Assembly: GCA_964016885.1 (NCBI GenBank)
Contig: OZ024747.1
Span: 81,406,001-81,470,000 of the forward strand
Source of the DNA: Eledone cirrhosa
Lineage: Eukaryota
Length of the DNA: 64,000 bases
Reading direction: 5' to 3'
Shown: in pieces, positions 49,863 to 62,893 of the stretch
Numbering within the stretch: position 1 is the first letter of the stretch
Layout of the letters: every line of letters starts with the position of its first letter
Notes under the pieces: generated by a model
Database searches by the model: none
What the model was told of the DNA's origin: nothing
The model's input: only the letters and a program-made list of their open reading frames with translations
Translations under genes and position numbers: made by a program

Positions 49863-50033
49863 TAATTAGAAAGTGAACAACACAAAATATAACTACTCCA
49901 ATAATTGTCCGGGATCCAGAAACCTTTGGTAATGGAGTAGTTATATTTTGTGTTGTTCACTTTCTAATTAAATAGCTCTGTTCTATACACAGAGCACTCT
50001 TTTTTCCTTTGCTTTTCCTTCGGAATTACCTAA
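49863..50033 (+). mobile_element. Fold-back PLE pLTR remnant: 38-bp perfect inverted repeat around a half hammerhead
   Basis: Arms 49863-49900 and 49933-49970. The loop holds GAAA-CC-ttt-GG-TA. The tail AGAGCACTCTTTTTTCCT..CGGAATTA resembles the 15.5-kb insert. Confidence 0.72.
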
Positions 50034-51189
50034 CACACACACACATATATATGTAAAGAAAATAGCACTACTAGGCACTGCACATATATTAGATAGTTTT
50101 AATACAATAGGAACAGCAAAATATAACACAGCACATACCCAAGCACACATAGCTGTGTTTGGTAATGCAGTGATAGCACACAGTGAAACTCAAACCAATA
50201 CTGAAAATGATTCTAATCAATATCCCATGAAAGCACGCAATAAAGATAAGACTACTGAAAAATAATAATGATAATTGTTTTTATATGCTACCATGACAAT
50301 GGATGAGAAGACATTGCAAGGACAAATTAGAATACTAATAGCTGAGAAAAAAAAGATGAAATAAAATCATCTAATTTTCAAATTGTACGGCCTTTAAACA
50401 TTTTCAAAAGATGTTTTACAACTAAGCAATTTGTTAAGCTAAAAGAGATAGTGTGAACAAATATATCTGTTACTGGTTTTACATAAAAGGCTGACTATTT
50501 TGTAGACTAGTGGTAAGAAGTTCTTGCGGGAGCTGGACACCAGGTCTTCAGAGAGGAACCCCACCCCCCACTCACTCATGCAAGTGTTTCAGCCCTTAAC
50601 TTCTTACACTTTAAGGGGCTCTGGTTGCATCTGGTTGCCCTCCTAGAGATACTTTTTAGTCACTTGGCTATTAGAGACTTGTGCAATTAAACCATTCCAT
50701 TGCCTGAGCTTTCAAACTTATATTTACATGCATTTTTCAGTTGTCTTTACAAGAACATCAATAGTGTCACTGTTGCTACCAACACTACCACAATAACTCA
50801 GAGTTACTTCCATTAACATTATGCTACAATAAAAAATATTTCCCTCAAATGGTATGGAAGTTCATTTTGTTCTTGTTTAACTAGATCCAACTGGAAGTTC
50901 CCTCTGCTGCTTCAGATATAGACTTTAAGTATTTCATCCTGTTCTTCCCAGTGATTCACAGTTGTTTTCTGAGATTGTAGGCAGATTTACACACAAATAT
51001 ATTCTACCATTATCTTCTGATAAAGGTATAGTGCCTGAAATGTTAAGACTCTCTTCCAGCTATTTCAAGCATTAAACTAATATATTTCTTCCATGTACTG
51101 TGCCATTATTTTTGTTATTACTTTAAATATATCATCATCATCATCATCATTTTACGTCTGCTTTTCCCTGCTTGCAAGGGTTATATATA

Positions 51190-52186
51190 TCTGTATATAT
51201 ATAAAATTAAGTATGTGTGTGTGTCTCTGTGTCTGTGTATTATGTATAGGGGCCTACATCTTACGACTGATTTTCATGAAATTTTACAGGCTCATAGATT
51301 AGTCATCGGGGAGTGTTTTCTATATATGAGTGTATCGTTTTTTTTTTATTCCGGGGTCATTCTGCAGATAAAAATCGATAGGAGGGTCACTTTTTTTAGG
51401 CATCGAAAAATAAGATTTTTGGCTTTAGATCCCTTATTTTGCCACCGATTTCATTCAAATTTTAAAGCAAAATATAATTTATCATTGCACATCCTATAAT
51501 GGTATTATATTTTGCATTTGTTGTTCAGGGACGGTGTGGCAGCTGCTTAAATATTCAAAAATGAGGATCAGCGCATCCGCAGACAGGCAAGAGACGCTGT
51601 GTCGAAGGCCAGTGCACAAGCTTCTGAAAATGAGAGTCAGCGCGTTCGCAGACAAAGTAGAAACGCAATACGATAGAACCTATCATTAGCTCTACACATC
51701 TTCTAATTGCTTCATATTTCGTATTTGTTGGTCAGGGACGGCTTGGCAGCCACTTCAATCTTTAATACAACTTCTAAATTCTCAGCATTTGCAGCAAATC
51801 ATCTTAACTTTTCACCATTTGCTGCAAATGATGTTTATGATTCTATAATTCCATCCAATTATCCAGTTGATGGTCAAAAGCAAAACGATGGCCTCTGACG
51901 TTGTCTGAGCTTTTAGTTGTGTATTTGAGAATTCATTGGTATTCATTTCCAATCAAGTAGTGTGAGGAAATTTGGCTTAGTGTTAGAGGTCATTACCTCC
52001 CTCCCCCAGCATGCCCCTTCGTCAGTCACCCACGTTACTCAGTGATAGAGGTCATCACCACCATCCCCCACATGGCCTGTGTGTGGTCATAGATGAGTCA
52101 TCGAGAAGCAGTCGCTAAGATCAACACCTTTTCATCAAAACAGATATTATTTTACCTACCCAGACAACGCTGGGTACTGCTGCTAG
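51190..52186 (+). mobile_element. Non-autonomous (deletion-derivative) Helitron
   Basis: Starts A|TC. Hairpin TACCCAG-acaacg-CTGGGTA at 52157-52176. Ends CTAG|T. Confidence 0.85.
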
Positions 52187-52749
52187 TATATATATATATA
52201 ACAGGGGGTGGGGAAAGAGCTTAGCATACATTTTTCAATTCCTGGAAAGAAGAGTCACAAAAACAAGCTTTATGAATTATTACAAAAATATTGACTTCAG
52301 TCAAAATTGTGTACAGGTTGTAGCAGAAGAAATAAAACAAAAAAAAATACTCCAGAGAGAGATAAAGCAAATAAATAAATAAATAAATAAATACTATATC
52401 AGATAATGCAGTATGAAGAAAACAATATTTCAGAATAACAAAAGAAAAGTTTATCAGTATCTCTATCAGCAACTGAACTGTGTCAAACACATCAAGAGAA
52501 TGAAATGCTATATGCAAGCACAGCAAATAATACTAATGAGACATTTGGAAAAACAAGAATACAGAAGAATAGAAAAATGGAGACAATAGTTGCAGGTGAA
52601 ATAAATACAACAAAGTAAGACCAAGTCTAGTTTACAACAGACAAGGCCCAGGTCAGATGGAGTTCGAATTCTATAGCTTCCAATTCTTATAAGACTGCCT
52701 GGTACTTTATAAGAAATTTTTGCTCAATTCATAACATATATGCCGATAA

Positions 52750-52972
52750 CACTTTAGCATTTACATTTTTTCTATATTTACTATTACATTTTCACAGTAA
52801 AGGCTTTATCTCACATAATTATCTCACTTAATATCGAATCTAAGAGATTTTGATATTCATTTATTTTGAGAACAATACCTTAATGTTAGTATGAGTGGCT
52901 AGTTACAGCTGGTTTGAACAGAAAGAGGTGAGAGAATTCTGGCTGGATATGGCCGGTTTATATGCTGAAGAG
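52750..52972 (-). mobile_element. piggyBac-type MITE copy, opposite orientation
   Basis: Reverse-complement match to 33178-33396. TTAA at 52973-52976. Confidence 0.8.
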
Positions 52973-53379
52973 TTAAGAATGAGAACATAGGACCTATCAT
53001 TATGCAGAAAGTCAAGAGAAATGTGATGGAAATTAACAATTGCAGACTTAAAATAATTTAACAGTTGATGTAAAAACTACTAACAAAGTTGATAGTAGGC
53101 GAAACATATTTCCTTGGATATAGAACACCTAATCATAGAGAAACAATATAAAGATCATGCTCAACAGTTGAGTTGTATATTAATACAATATTTGAGGATG
53201 TAAATTATAAGAACCTAGTAATTGGAAGTATTTTCTAGATAACAAGACAATGAGTTCCTCCAACAAGTGTAAAAGATATAAATATTTGGTTATGTAGAAG
53301 GATAACAAATTAAAACATGTAAATATTAATCCAATTTGAAACCAAATATAAGAGGAAGGACAAGAAGAGATATCATTAA

Positions 53380-54091
53380 CCCTTTAGCATATAAACTGGC
53401 CATATCCAGCAAGAATTCCCTCACCTCTTTCTGTTCAAACCAGCTGTATCCTGCTGCTTATACTTATGTTAAGGTATTGTTCTCAAATTAAATAATATCA
53501 AAATCTCATAGATTCGATATTATGTGAGATAAAGGCTTTACCATGAAAATATAATAGTATATATAGAGTAATATAAATGTTATGTGAGATATTATGTGAG
53601 ATAAAGCCTTTACCGTGAAAATATAATAGTAAATATAGAGTAATGTAAATGTTATGTGAGATATTATGTGAGATAAAGCCTTTACCATGAAAATATAATA
53701 GTATATATAGAGTAATATAAATGTTATGTGAGATATTATGTGAGATAAAGCCTTTACCATGAAAATATAATAGTAAATATAGAGTAATGTAAATGTTATG
53801 TGAGATATTATGTGAGATAAAGCCTTTACCATGAAAATATAATAGTATATATAGAGTAATATAAATGTTATGTGAGATATTATGTGAGATAAAGCCTTTA
53901 CCATGAAAATATAATAGTATATATAGAGTAATATAAATGTTATGTGAGATATTATGTGAGATAAAGCCTTTACCATGAAAATATAATAGTATATATAGAG
54001 TAATGTAAATGTTATGCAAGATATTATGTGAGATAAAGCCTTTACCATGAAAATATAATAGTATATATAGAGTAATGTAAATATTAAAGGG
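53380..54091 (+). mobile_element. piggyBac-type MITE expanded by an internal minisatellite
   Basis: TTAA|CCCTTTAGCAT ... ATATTAAAGGG|TTAA. Confidence 0.88.
53517..54085. repeat. 72-bp tandem repeat, about 8 units
   Basis: Unit ATATTATGTGAGATAAAGCCTTTACCATGAAAATATAATAGTATATATAGAGTAATATAAATGTTATGTGAG recurs every 72 nt. It explains ORFs 53498 and 53506. Confidence 0.96.
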
Positions 54092-54959
54092 TTAAAGGAT
54101 CAACAGATGATCAGTTATGATGTTGAAAGTCAACACTGGTACAAGGCCACATATTGTTTTGGAAAGGTATAGTTGATTAGATAAACTCCAGTATATGAAT
54201 GGGATTTTATTCAATAAGATATAGGGAAAAGTTGGATCTATTCTGTTACAAGGTCAGTAATAGGATGTGGAATGCAAAGAACTGGAAGAGATAGCACAAT
54301 GCATCTTGCCTGGTGCTTTTATAATTATAACAATTCACTGTCCTGGACTGATGCTTATTTATCAACCCTAAAAGGATAAAAGGCAAAGTTGAGCTGGGTG
54401 TAATTTATAGTAACAAAAGAAATGTTCACAGCTCCTACAATGCAGATTGCAAATTATGAATGGAATGATCAGATTCTTTATATGCCATGTTTTTGATTCC
54501 TTCTTTCCATCTGTGTTTCGCAGTCATGTATAAATCCTTATATATCCACAAGATGGGCTGGTTGATGTAGCATGCTCATTAAATAGGGTTAAAAATAGCA
54601 AGGAAAAATGTAGAATATTACACTGATTTGAAATATGAAATCCTCATTTGTTGAGAGAAAAAGTAGACAAAGTCATGATCTTGCCATTTGCCATTGGAAG
54701 CTAAGAGACTAACAAAAAAACTTGAAAGAAAACCTTTGAGGGCTAGACCAGGATCAGCAAGAATTTTTCAGGGTGACCTTGACACAAAATAAGAACAGCT
54801 ATGAACACTAAGAAAGGATGTTAATGAAAGGGTAAGAATGATTCTCCTCCTAGTCAATGAATTGGGATTTAATAGGAAACATATTTATACCAACCAAAAC
54901 ATCAATACTATGTAACAATAACAATAACAACAACAATAATAATAATAATAATAATAATC

Positions 54960-55250
54960 TATCAAGAAAATGGAGAAATTAATCAAATATAAAAATCTGG
55001 AGATAGAAATAACTTGATTGGAGATGATGAAAACAAAAACAATCACTATAATAATAGATGCCCAGGGAATGATAAAAAAAACCCCCAACAAATACATAAT
55101 CAAACCCTAGGATATAGAAATATATACAGCATACAGAAAATAGCACTACTAGGCACTGCACATCTAAAGATTCCTCTCAATACAATAAAATAACAAAAGT
55201 GCACATACTCAAGGCATACAGAGCTGTGTTTGGTAATGCAGTTACAACAC
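54960..55250 (+). mobile_element. Degenerate R4/Dong-like LINE 3' fragment
   Basis: EKLIKYKNLEIEI..MKTKTITIII.A.GMIKK and IQKIALLGTAH, between (TAA)n tracts. Shorter remnants at about 28420-28550 and 50055-50180. Confidence 0.7.
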
Positions 55251-55254
55251 AATA

Positions 55255-56092
55255 ATAATAATTGTTTTTACTTTTGGCACAAGACCAGCAATTACCCAGT
55301 ACATTACTGGCACTTTATTTTTTATCGATCCCGTAAGGATGAAAGGCAAAGTTGACCTCAGCGGGATTTGAACTCAGAATGGAAAGGGCCGTAACTCTAT
55401 GCATCAAAGCATGACGTCCGACCCTCTACCGATACTGCCAATCCACCAATAATAATAATGGTTTCTACTTTTGGCACAAGGCCAGCAATTACCCAGTACA
55501 TTACTGGTACTTTATTTTATCGACCCCGTAAGGATGAAAGGCAAAGTTAACCTCGGCAGGATTTGAACTCAGATCGTAAAGAGACGTAACTATGCTGGAA
55601 AGCATGTCCGACCCTCTACCGATACTGCCAATTCACCAATAATAATAATGGTTTCTGATTTAGGCACAAAGCCAACAATTTTAGGGGAAGGAAAAGTCGA
55701 TTAAATCGACCCCAGAGCATTACTGGTACTTTATTTTATCGACCCCACGAGGAGGAAAAACAAAGCTAAAACCAGCAGGGTTTCTACTCAGGCCATAAAG
55801 TGCCATAAATCTATGTTGCAAATCATGATGTCCGACGCTGATACTAAGAGTTTCTGATCCAAGCACAAAGCCAACAATTTTTCGGGAGAGGAATAATAAC
55901 AACAACAACAACAACAATAATAATAATAATAACAATAATAATAATGATTTCTTATATAGGCACAAGGCCAGCAATCTTGGGGGAGGGGTAAGTCTATTAA
56001 TTCGCCCCTAGTTCGTGACTGGTACTTTATTTTATCAACCCCGTAAGGATGAAAGGTAAAGTTAACCTCAGCAGGATTTGAACTCAGAATGG
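55255..56092 (-). mobile_element. Head-to-tail cluster of family-1 SINEs (4 copies plus a partial tail)
   Basis: Units start at about 55258, 55458, 55648 and 55945 (partial at about 55848) and are separated by (AAT)n. Confidence 0.88.
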
Positions 56093-58809
56093 CAATAATA
56101 ATAATAATAATAATTGTATGAAAAGGGAAACCTCGAAGCTATGATGTTTACGACCTTCAAATGATATTAGCAAGGAAATTCAAAGTAATTCCAACTGGAA
56201 AATAGCTTAACAAGGAGAATATAAAACTTTTCATTCCAAGAGACAGTACTATCTTTCAAACCAGAAAGATAATACATGTACACACACACGCACACACACA
56301 TCCACGCATATTCAATGATATATATTAAAAAATGTGTAAAGTAACCTTCTATAAAAAATAACATCTATGTTCAGTAAATTGCTCCTTAAAGATTTAAAGA
56401 TAAAATTATATTCCCAACAACTCTTTGATATAGGTTCAAGTTGTGTGTGTTATTTTTTTTTTGTAAATTCATAGAGATGGAGACAAGACAAAAGACACAC
56501 ATGTTGATATATATATATATATATCATAATCATCATCATTGTTGATATATATATATATATATGTATGTATATATGGAGAGGGGTGAGCAAGTATGTGTGC
56601 GTGTGCATTTTTAATACACAAACACATATATACAAATAAATAAATATATGTATATATATATGTGTGTGTGCGTATGTGTGTTGTATATATATATATATAA
56701 ATATATGTGTGTATATATATGTGTATGTGTATATATATAAATATGTGTGTGTATATATATACACATATACATGTATATATATACACACACATATATTTAT
56801 ATATATACAACACACACATATGTGTGTATGTGTATACATATATATATATAAATATATATATGTGTGTACATATATCTATATATATAAAAATATGTGTGTA
56901 TATATATATATATACATGCATATATATATGCATATACATATATTTATATACACATCACAAACACACACACACATATATATATATATATGAACATATTTAT
57001 ACACACACTGATACATTTATGTGCTTGTACATTAAGTACACGATGCAAAATCAATAAAAGAGAATATCATATACAGAAATACATGCTTCCATGTCTTTGA
57101 GTATGTTATGTGGATGTACATATACACCTGCTTATGAATAAGTACTGATCTGCATCTATGAAGATATGCACACACTTCTGCATATGTTTAGGCTGATATG
57201 CTTCATATGTGTGTCTTTTAGGAATTTTATTGCTGAATAACATGAACAAGTCTCTTACAACCCTTCCCTTAACCATATTCTATTCCTGTACTTCAATATA
57301 TAATATTTCCCACATGTAACCACTGGAGACACTCAGCCTCATGTTGCTGTTAACTCAATGGCCTTATTTCCATCCAATGATTCTTAATGTTTCATTTATG
57401 CATTTTTATCAAACATCACTTGTTCTTCTTGTTGTTTCTGGTGTTAAAGTAGCAATCAATATGAGATTTCAAGGAATTTATAGCTTAGGAGTTTTGTAGT
57501 TGCATTTGAATTTTAGAACCTATAACTTAGCTATTCAAATTCATATATTCATATCCTCAAATCTAAAATTCAGATATTTAAGGGTTTAGATATAAGAACG
57601 TTGTATTTGTTAAGTGGAATTTTAATAAATACTTATCATTAAAATACTTGACATGAACGTTTAGAGGAACACCAAAACAGTTTTGTAGTGGTATTTATAA
57701 ATTATAGCATAGAATATAGACTTTGATTTGGAAATCCTTTGATTTGCATTCAAGATGTTAGCTGTAAAAATAACCAAAAATAGCTTATATATAGGCATTT
57801 TTTCTGCTAGAAGTAGCAACCAAATCTGCATAAAGTAAAAAAAAATAGAAAGAATACATTGTATAATGTAGTTGTAGATAAGTGATGTCTGAAAAATAGA
57901 TGTCGTTCTAATCAGTCCACTCATTCAGGAATGATACGTAAATAAACAACAAAATCAACAAGTTTTGTCTTTGAATTTAGTGGGTCTATAGATAAGAGTA
58001 ATGAAACTGTTTACATAGAAAATCTTGTGAATTTAGGGCTGTAGATAAGTATAATGGAACCGTTTTATATAGAAAGACTTGTGAGTTTAATCTTAAACAA
58101 TGGCTATGTGTATATAAACATATGACACTTAAGATAGCAAACTGAAAGAAATGTTATTACACCCTGCCACCTACTAGTCTTTGATGCCCTAAATATGGTG
58201 ATGGTGTTGCTCCTCAACTTGAAGAGGGGAAGAAAATGATAAGTAGAAACCAAAATGAAATTAATTGTTCCCATTCAAAGCACACTCTTTTAGATACAAG
58301 TATTCTAGAACATAATTTAATTATACAATTGTGATAATGTTAGACCAGCCCCACACATCTGTCACTATCTAGGATCACACATCACTCTTAAATTCTGATA
58401 TAACAGCATAACTCCTTACCCTACTTCTCTCATATTCTAAGACATCAGTCCTTTAATTGCTGTTTTCATTCTCACAGTATCCCGAAACCCATGCTATGAG
58501 AGACCACCCCCTCCCCCTCCTGCATCATACTTATCCTTTTTACTCCCATCCTACCCCCTACCCCAGGACCATGCAAAGTAAATGAGGACTCATCATTTAA
58601 GTCAAGGACATGACAGTCTTTCTGGTGTTGGTAATTGATATGATAAATACAGACTTTTAAATTGGTTGGTGATAGAAAGGGCAAATAGCCATATCTATTA
58701 CATTAAAATCTACAATATCAGAATTTCAACATCATGATTTCCATTCAATTGAAAACCTAGAATATTTTCTTATTTGTTGAAGAATATATTGGTTGGAGAG
58801 TAGGAAATG

Positions 58810-59198
58810 ATGATTTCTACTCTAGGGACAAGGTCAGCAAATTAGGGTATGAGAAAGTCGATTACATCAACCCCAGTGCATCACTGGTGCTTTATGTTAT
58901 TGACCCTGTAAGGATGAAAGACAAAGCCAATCTCGGCAGCATTTGAACTCAGAACTTAAAGGGACTCTCTGCTGCGAAGCATGTTGTCCAACGCTCTATC
59001 GATACTGCCTATCCATTAATAATTATTTCTACTTTTGGCACAAGGCCAGCAATTACCCAGTACATTACTGGTACTTTATTTTATCGACCCCGTAAGGATG
59101 AAAGGCAAAGTCAACCTCGGCGGGATTTGAACTCAGATCGTAAAGGGACATAACTATGCTGGAAAGCATGGCGTCCGACCCTCTACTGATACTGCCAA
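58810..59198 (-). mobile_element. Tandem pair of family-1 SINEs (one older, one near consensus)
   Basis: Two cores and two B-boxes joined at ATTAATAAT. Confidence 0.85.
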
Positions 59199-59290
59199 AA
59201 TAATGATATTTAAATAGCATTACAAAAGCATTGGCCTTTATAGGAAAATAGGAATGAAATATTGTGACTTTACCTCAATCATTAGAAGTA

Positions 59291-59760
59291 CTAGCAGAAA
59301 AACCACCCTTCGGGTGGTTTTCTGCTGACATGTGTAGTGTGTATATTGATATTATACACAAGTATATATATACATGTAGATATGATACATCAAATAAAAT
59401 CGTAATTGACAATATATAATACATAGAAATTGAGCGAAGACTGTGTTATGTAATTAGTAACGTAATCCATGATACATTAAAAAAGATGATATTATATATA
59501 AACTGCATTAGGAGAAAATTAGTGACAGAAAATTAGTATGTTTATTTAAGCGATCGCCACAGTGTTGACATTTCAGAAATTTTAAAGAAGTGAATCTTTA
59601 AATAAACGAAATATATTTAATTAACAGCCACGAAATTTAGTAGATAAATTATGTAATATTCATTCATTATTTATTCGAAGTAATCCAACTTATGTTACAA
59701 ACGGGATAAAAAAAATAAACCGTACGCAATCCCGCAGACCTTCCTTTATTATAGTTTAGA
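59291..59760 (-). mobile_element. Non-autonomous Helitron-like element
   Basis: Minus strand starts A|TCTAAACTATAATAAAG and ends in the hairpin AGCAGAAAACCACCC-gaa-GGGTGGTTTTTCTGCTAG|T. More CpG-rich than the flanks. Confidence 0.7.
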
Positions 59761-60849
59761 TAAGTGAATTTGAATGGTAACAACTTTGTTTTGAAACCAT
59801 TTATGAAACACCTGAAATTTATAATTTCTCAAATTTTTGTCATAAAGAGGATAACTGGATTGAGAAGAAAATTGAAACACACCAAGATTTTATGTATCCT
59901 TTTGAACAAAGATGGTGAAATTATAGAAGGATAATTTTCAATTTTAATTAGCCAATAATTAATTAATTAGTTTTATTATTAGATTTTTAACAAAACCTGT
60001 TTTACCAATTTTCTTTTTCTGTTAACAAAGACTGAATAACTTCTTCTGTAAATTATGGATAGTTAATCATGGATTATCAAAATTGATACTTTTACACTCA
60101 GATGCTTCTCCTAACATCATCTATTTAATTGTGAATAATGAAAGATAATGATTTAAATGATATGCAGACTTCTGTGAAATTAAATGCTTAGTGGATAAGG
60201 TGCTAGTCCTGAGAATTATAAATTGTTATTTCATATCTCAAGACAAGCATCATTTTGTGTCTTAGAATGGATGGCTCCACACATAATACTGTATTTATTT
60301 CTTGATAATTCTAATAATAATGATGATAAGGATCATCTTACATACATAAGCACACCTGCCTTAGTTTGTGTTGGTGAAGTTCATACCATTTACTAACTAA
60401 ACATATAGGGCTTTACTAAGTGAAATCAATAATGTACATCAACAGTCCTTTATTTTATTAACCCTGTAAGGATAAAAGACAAATTTGACCTCAATAGTAT
60501 TTTGACTAAGAGCCTAAAGAGCCATAACTAAATACTCTAATGATTCTGCTAATCCACCACCCTTGTAAATACATAAAACGATATATTAGTTACACAGTAC
60601 AGTACATATGTGTAATGCATATAATAGAGCCCTTTCTTACCCCATGTCATAGGTATAGGTCAAGTTATGTCCATATCAACTTACAACCACTTACAACATT
60701 GGAATAAACTCAGTTGTACATAGGAAATGATCTGAATTTATATCGACTATAGTTTAACTAATGACATTCTGCATTACTTACCTTTGGTCAATTAGATCCC
60801 TGCTCTTTAACATCAGATGAAACAATAAACTTCTAATCACTGTAATAAT

Positions 60850-61025
60850 TGTTTCTACTTTGGGCACAAGGCCAGCAGTTACTCAGTGTATTACTGATAC
60901 TTTATTTTATCGACCCCGTAAGGATGAAAGGCAAAGTTAACCTCGGCGGGATTTGAACTCAGAACGTAAAGGGACGTAACTCTTTGCTGCAAAGCATAGT
61001 GTCTGATGCTCTACTGATAATCCAC
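60850..61025 (-). mobile_element. Family-1 SINE with 20-bp target-site duplication
   Basis: CTTCTAATCACTGTAATAAT at 60830-60849 and 61026-61045. Confidence 0.92.
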
Positions 61026-62828
61026 CTTCTAATCACTGTAATAATGTTATTAGGACTTCGTTTGTTAAATACTTCTCTTGAACAAAAGTTGAAAGGTTAA
61101 ACTGAAGCTTGGGTAACAAAATCTAAACACAGAAATGTGAGCCTCAAAACTAAACTAGAAAAATGAGCTTTCAAACTGAACACTGAGCCATTTTAAGTAA
61201 TAGCTTTGTTTGATCTTAGTTCAGAGAAAATAATATTTTTGGAGAAGAGAATGAGAATAGTGACAAATGACTAAAACCCAATGTTTCTCTAAGTGTCATT
61301 TTATCAATCTCCATAAAGAAGTATATAAAAAAAAAAACAAATATTGTATTATGATGTTAATCAAGAAACATTGAGGCACCAATCTAGATAAATTTCTAAG
61401 CATGTTAGTAATCTCCAAAGCAGAAAACCAGTTGATTTACATTGATATGACTTGAAAGTTTTCTTTTGTTCAATGCAAAGAGGATGGACACAACTAATTG
61501 GATTAACTTCTAGATAATGATGGGCAATACTAACATATATTTAAAGATATTGATGAACATATTATACTGCAGTCTTTGATTGAAATTGATATTTCTCTCT
61601 AGTTCTCATTTATTAAAATAAAACCAAAATTGCAGTGTAGTAGCTTGCCACCATTGAAGTTAGATAGATGCGATTACAACTGAGATTAAATAGTGTCACT
61701 AATTTATCTTCAGAAAAAGAACAAATTTGCAGACACTTCTGCTTATTTAGACACCTAGAGCAAAAATACTAATAAATTTACTAATTACCTCCTTGTTCAA
61801 CGCTTCCCTTCACTACCATTATTTTCATTGTTATTACAGTTAGACCAGTAAATAATAGACTTGGTAGAGTGGTGAATAAAATTCCTTGCTACATTTAGTA
61901 ATATCCTTTTATATTCTAATTTCAAACACTTGCTTTAGTATTTTGTGAGATACAATAGTAAATATTAAAGCAATTAACCTTTTGCTTTATGGGTGTGTGG
62001 TTCTATAGTATAAATCATTATATTAAAGTAACAACATTACATCATAATTTTATGTAGGAATCTTTTTTAAGTTATGCTCCAAACAACTTAACAATGAGAA
62101 AGTTAGTTATATTACTAAATCCCTTCAAACACTTGATCATTTTGAAATTAATTGAAAATCATAGGAAGTGTCTTTCATCAGAAATATCGTGAAATATAGG
62201 TTAATCAAGCAACAAAAATGAATAAAAGAAGTACACAATTCTTTAGAATTTGGCTATATTCCAAAATAGGAATGGTTGTTGGGGAGCACAACAAATAAAG
62301 ATAGGGAAAATAGTCAAGAAAAATAAGCTATTAAACCATTCATTAGTTAAAGAGTGATGAACTGAGATTTGTTGAAGTCAAGGTTTGCCTAGAGACAAGA
62401 TGTGTACAGAAGAAAGCTACTTAGACAACAAGTCAACAAATTAAGTAGACAATTATTACTACTACCATTTTATTCATCGAACTATTTCAGACTGACGTAT
62501 AACTAATAGACTTTCAGGATTAACGGAAATCTTCAGGAAATAATTATTTTTATATGAGCGAAAATGACAATTTTCTACATCTCATTTTCAGAAAAACAGA
62601 TATTGTAAAAACGGTAAATTGGAGAGCAAATACCATAATCAGAGCAGTATAGTGTGTGTCTGTGTGCATGTGTGTGTGTCTGTGTCTGTGTGCATGTGTG
62701 TGTGTGCGTTTGTGTGTGTATTTTATGGAAATTAATTTAGAATTAGAAGCTTCGATGCAAGTATTTATGAAAATAGTCCAACATATCAAGCATACAAGAT
62801 CCGGGAGATGGAAAAATGTTGACAGTAT

Positions 62829-62893
62829 TGCCCGTGGGACTTGAATTCACATCTGCCTTATACTGGAAGTCTGTGCCTTACCAGTTGCACCAA
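62829..62893 (-). other. tRNA-like remnant (SINE head or tRNA pseudogene)
   Basis: Minus strand TGGTGCAACTGGTAAG (A-box-like) ... GTGAATTCAAGTCCCAC (B-box/T-arm-like). No complete cloverleaf. Confidence 0.4.

Noticed and set aside
53498-54048. 24-aa repeat proteins or CRISPR-like array
   Set aside because: A pure 72-bp tandem repeat inside a MITE, with no unique spacers and no cas genes.
59293-59326. Rho-independent terminator-like hairpin
   Set aside because: The context is eukaryotic, and the hairpin is better explained as a Helitron 3' structure.
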